This document shows, one piece after another, positions 63,345 to 64,000 of a DNA stretch of 64,000 nt. The notes beneath the pieces are model-generated. The model did not search any database. It was not told where the DNA came from and saw only the letters and a program-made list of their open reading frames with translations. The position numbers and the translations under genes were made by a program. This DNA comes from Takakia lepidozioides (lineage: Eukaryota > Plantae > Bryophyta), in NCBI GenBank assembly GCA_030704615.1, contig CM060734.1:2728001-2792000 (forward strand), in the 5' to 3' direction. How positions within the stretch are numbered: position 1 is the first letter of the stretch; the number at the start of each line of letters is the position of its first letter.

Positions 63345-64000
63345 TGTTTTGGAGGGCGGAGATGCTGGCATTATGAATACCTCCTCTCGTGCCAGCAGTG
63401 ATGACAGTGAGTGGGCCAGTGCCCCATCCTTGTCTACGAATGGCAAGTATTAATGGTGCGTATTTTTGACGTTTTTCTAGAATAGCGGCACCAGAGAAGC
63501 AGTCATGACAGTAATTCTATAAAATGTATTGTGATATCTGATGATGGGATAGAGGGGGGGGGGGGGGGGGGGGAGTCAGCGGGTAGGCCATGGACTAGGA
63601 GAATGTCCGGGCATAGTCTAGCGGGGCATGTGCAAGATTTGTGAGGTTGACAGATACATGGAAGGAGCCAAGTCTCGGCCAAGTAAGTACAGTGTGGTCG
63701 GGGGGCTGGCCCTGGTATGTGCCAATGTTGATGAGTGTAAACCATCTGGTTGTACGACGTTGTAAGAGGAGCTTGTGGATGTGCTATACGGTGGTTATGA
63801 CGAGCGATTTACAACCCGTGGATGATAGGGTGCGGACATTCGCTAAGAATATGGGGCTGGCCAGGTGTCACGTTTAGCATGGAGGTGGGAGCAGAGTAGG
63901 CAATGCAGGGATGGATTAGGGTTGGCCAGAAGGTGTGTTTGCGTTGGTGGCCCATGTATTGAGCATATCTAAATTTGAGTGTTTGCAGTATTTGAGCATC

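Overview
Repeat-dense eukaryotic DNA, most likely from a non-seed land plant. This is inferred from the PLS-class PPR-E-DYW editing-factor gene with near-identical repeats and the plant Ty3/gypsy, CACTA, MULE and hAT elements. No intact host gene is present. From left to right the window holds: a decayed MULE/SWIM transposase with a 64-bp tandem array; an extra ORF from the 3' region of an LTR element, interrupted by a chromovirus-type Ty3/gypsy element (LTR 5153-5878, tRNA-iMet PBS); a long LINE in two oppositely oriented pieces (9150-17139); a non-chromovirus Ty3/gypsy element; a hAT MITE with an 8-bp TSD; ~1.14-kb tandem repeats; a 500-N gap; a 3' LTR; a CACTA TnpA-like gene and terminus; an array of 2-4 kb non-coding units; a 445-bp foldback; and a scrambled PPR-DYW pseudogene. 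The strongest finding is the LINE. Read as one 5'-inverted element it encodes a 2A-like peptide (GDIHPNPGP), APE endonuclease, RT, a chromodomain missed by the ORF track, a PCIF1/CAPAM-like adenine-methyltransferase fold and RNase H. The second finding is that the non-coding units carry a conserved RNA structure with compensatory base changes and an H/ACA-like layout. All protein and RNA assignments are by eye; no searches were run.
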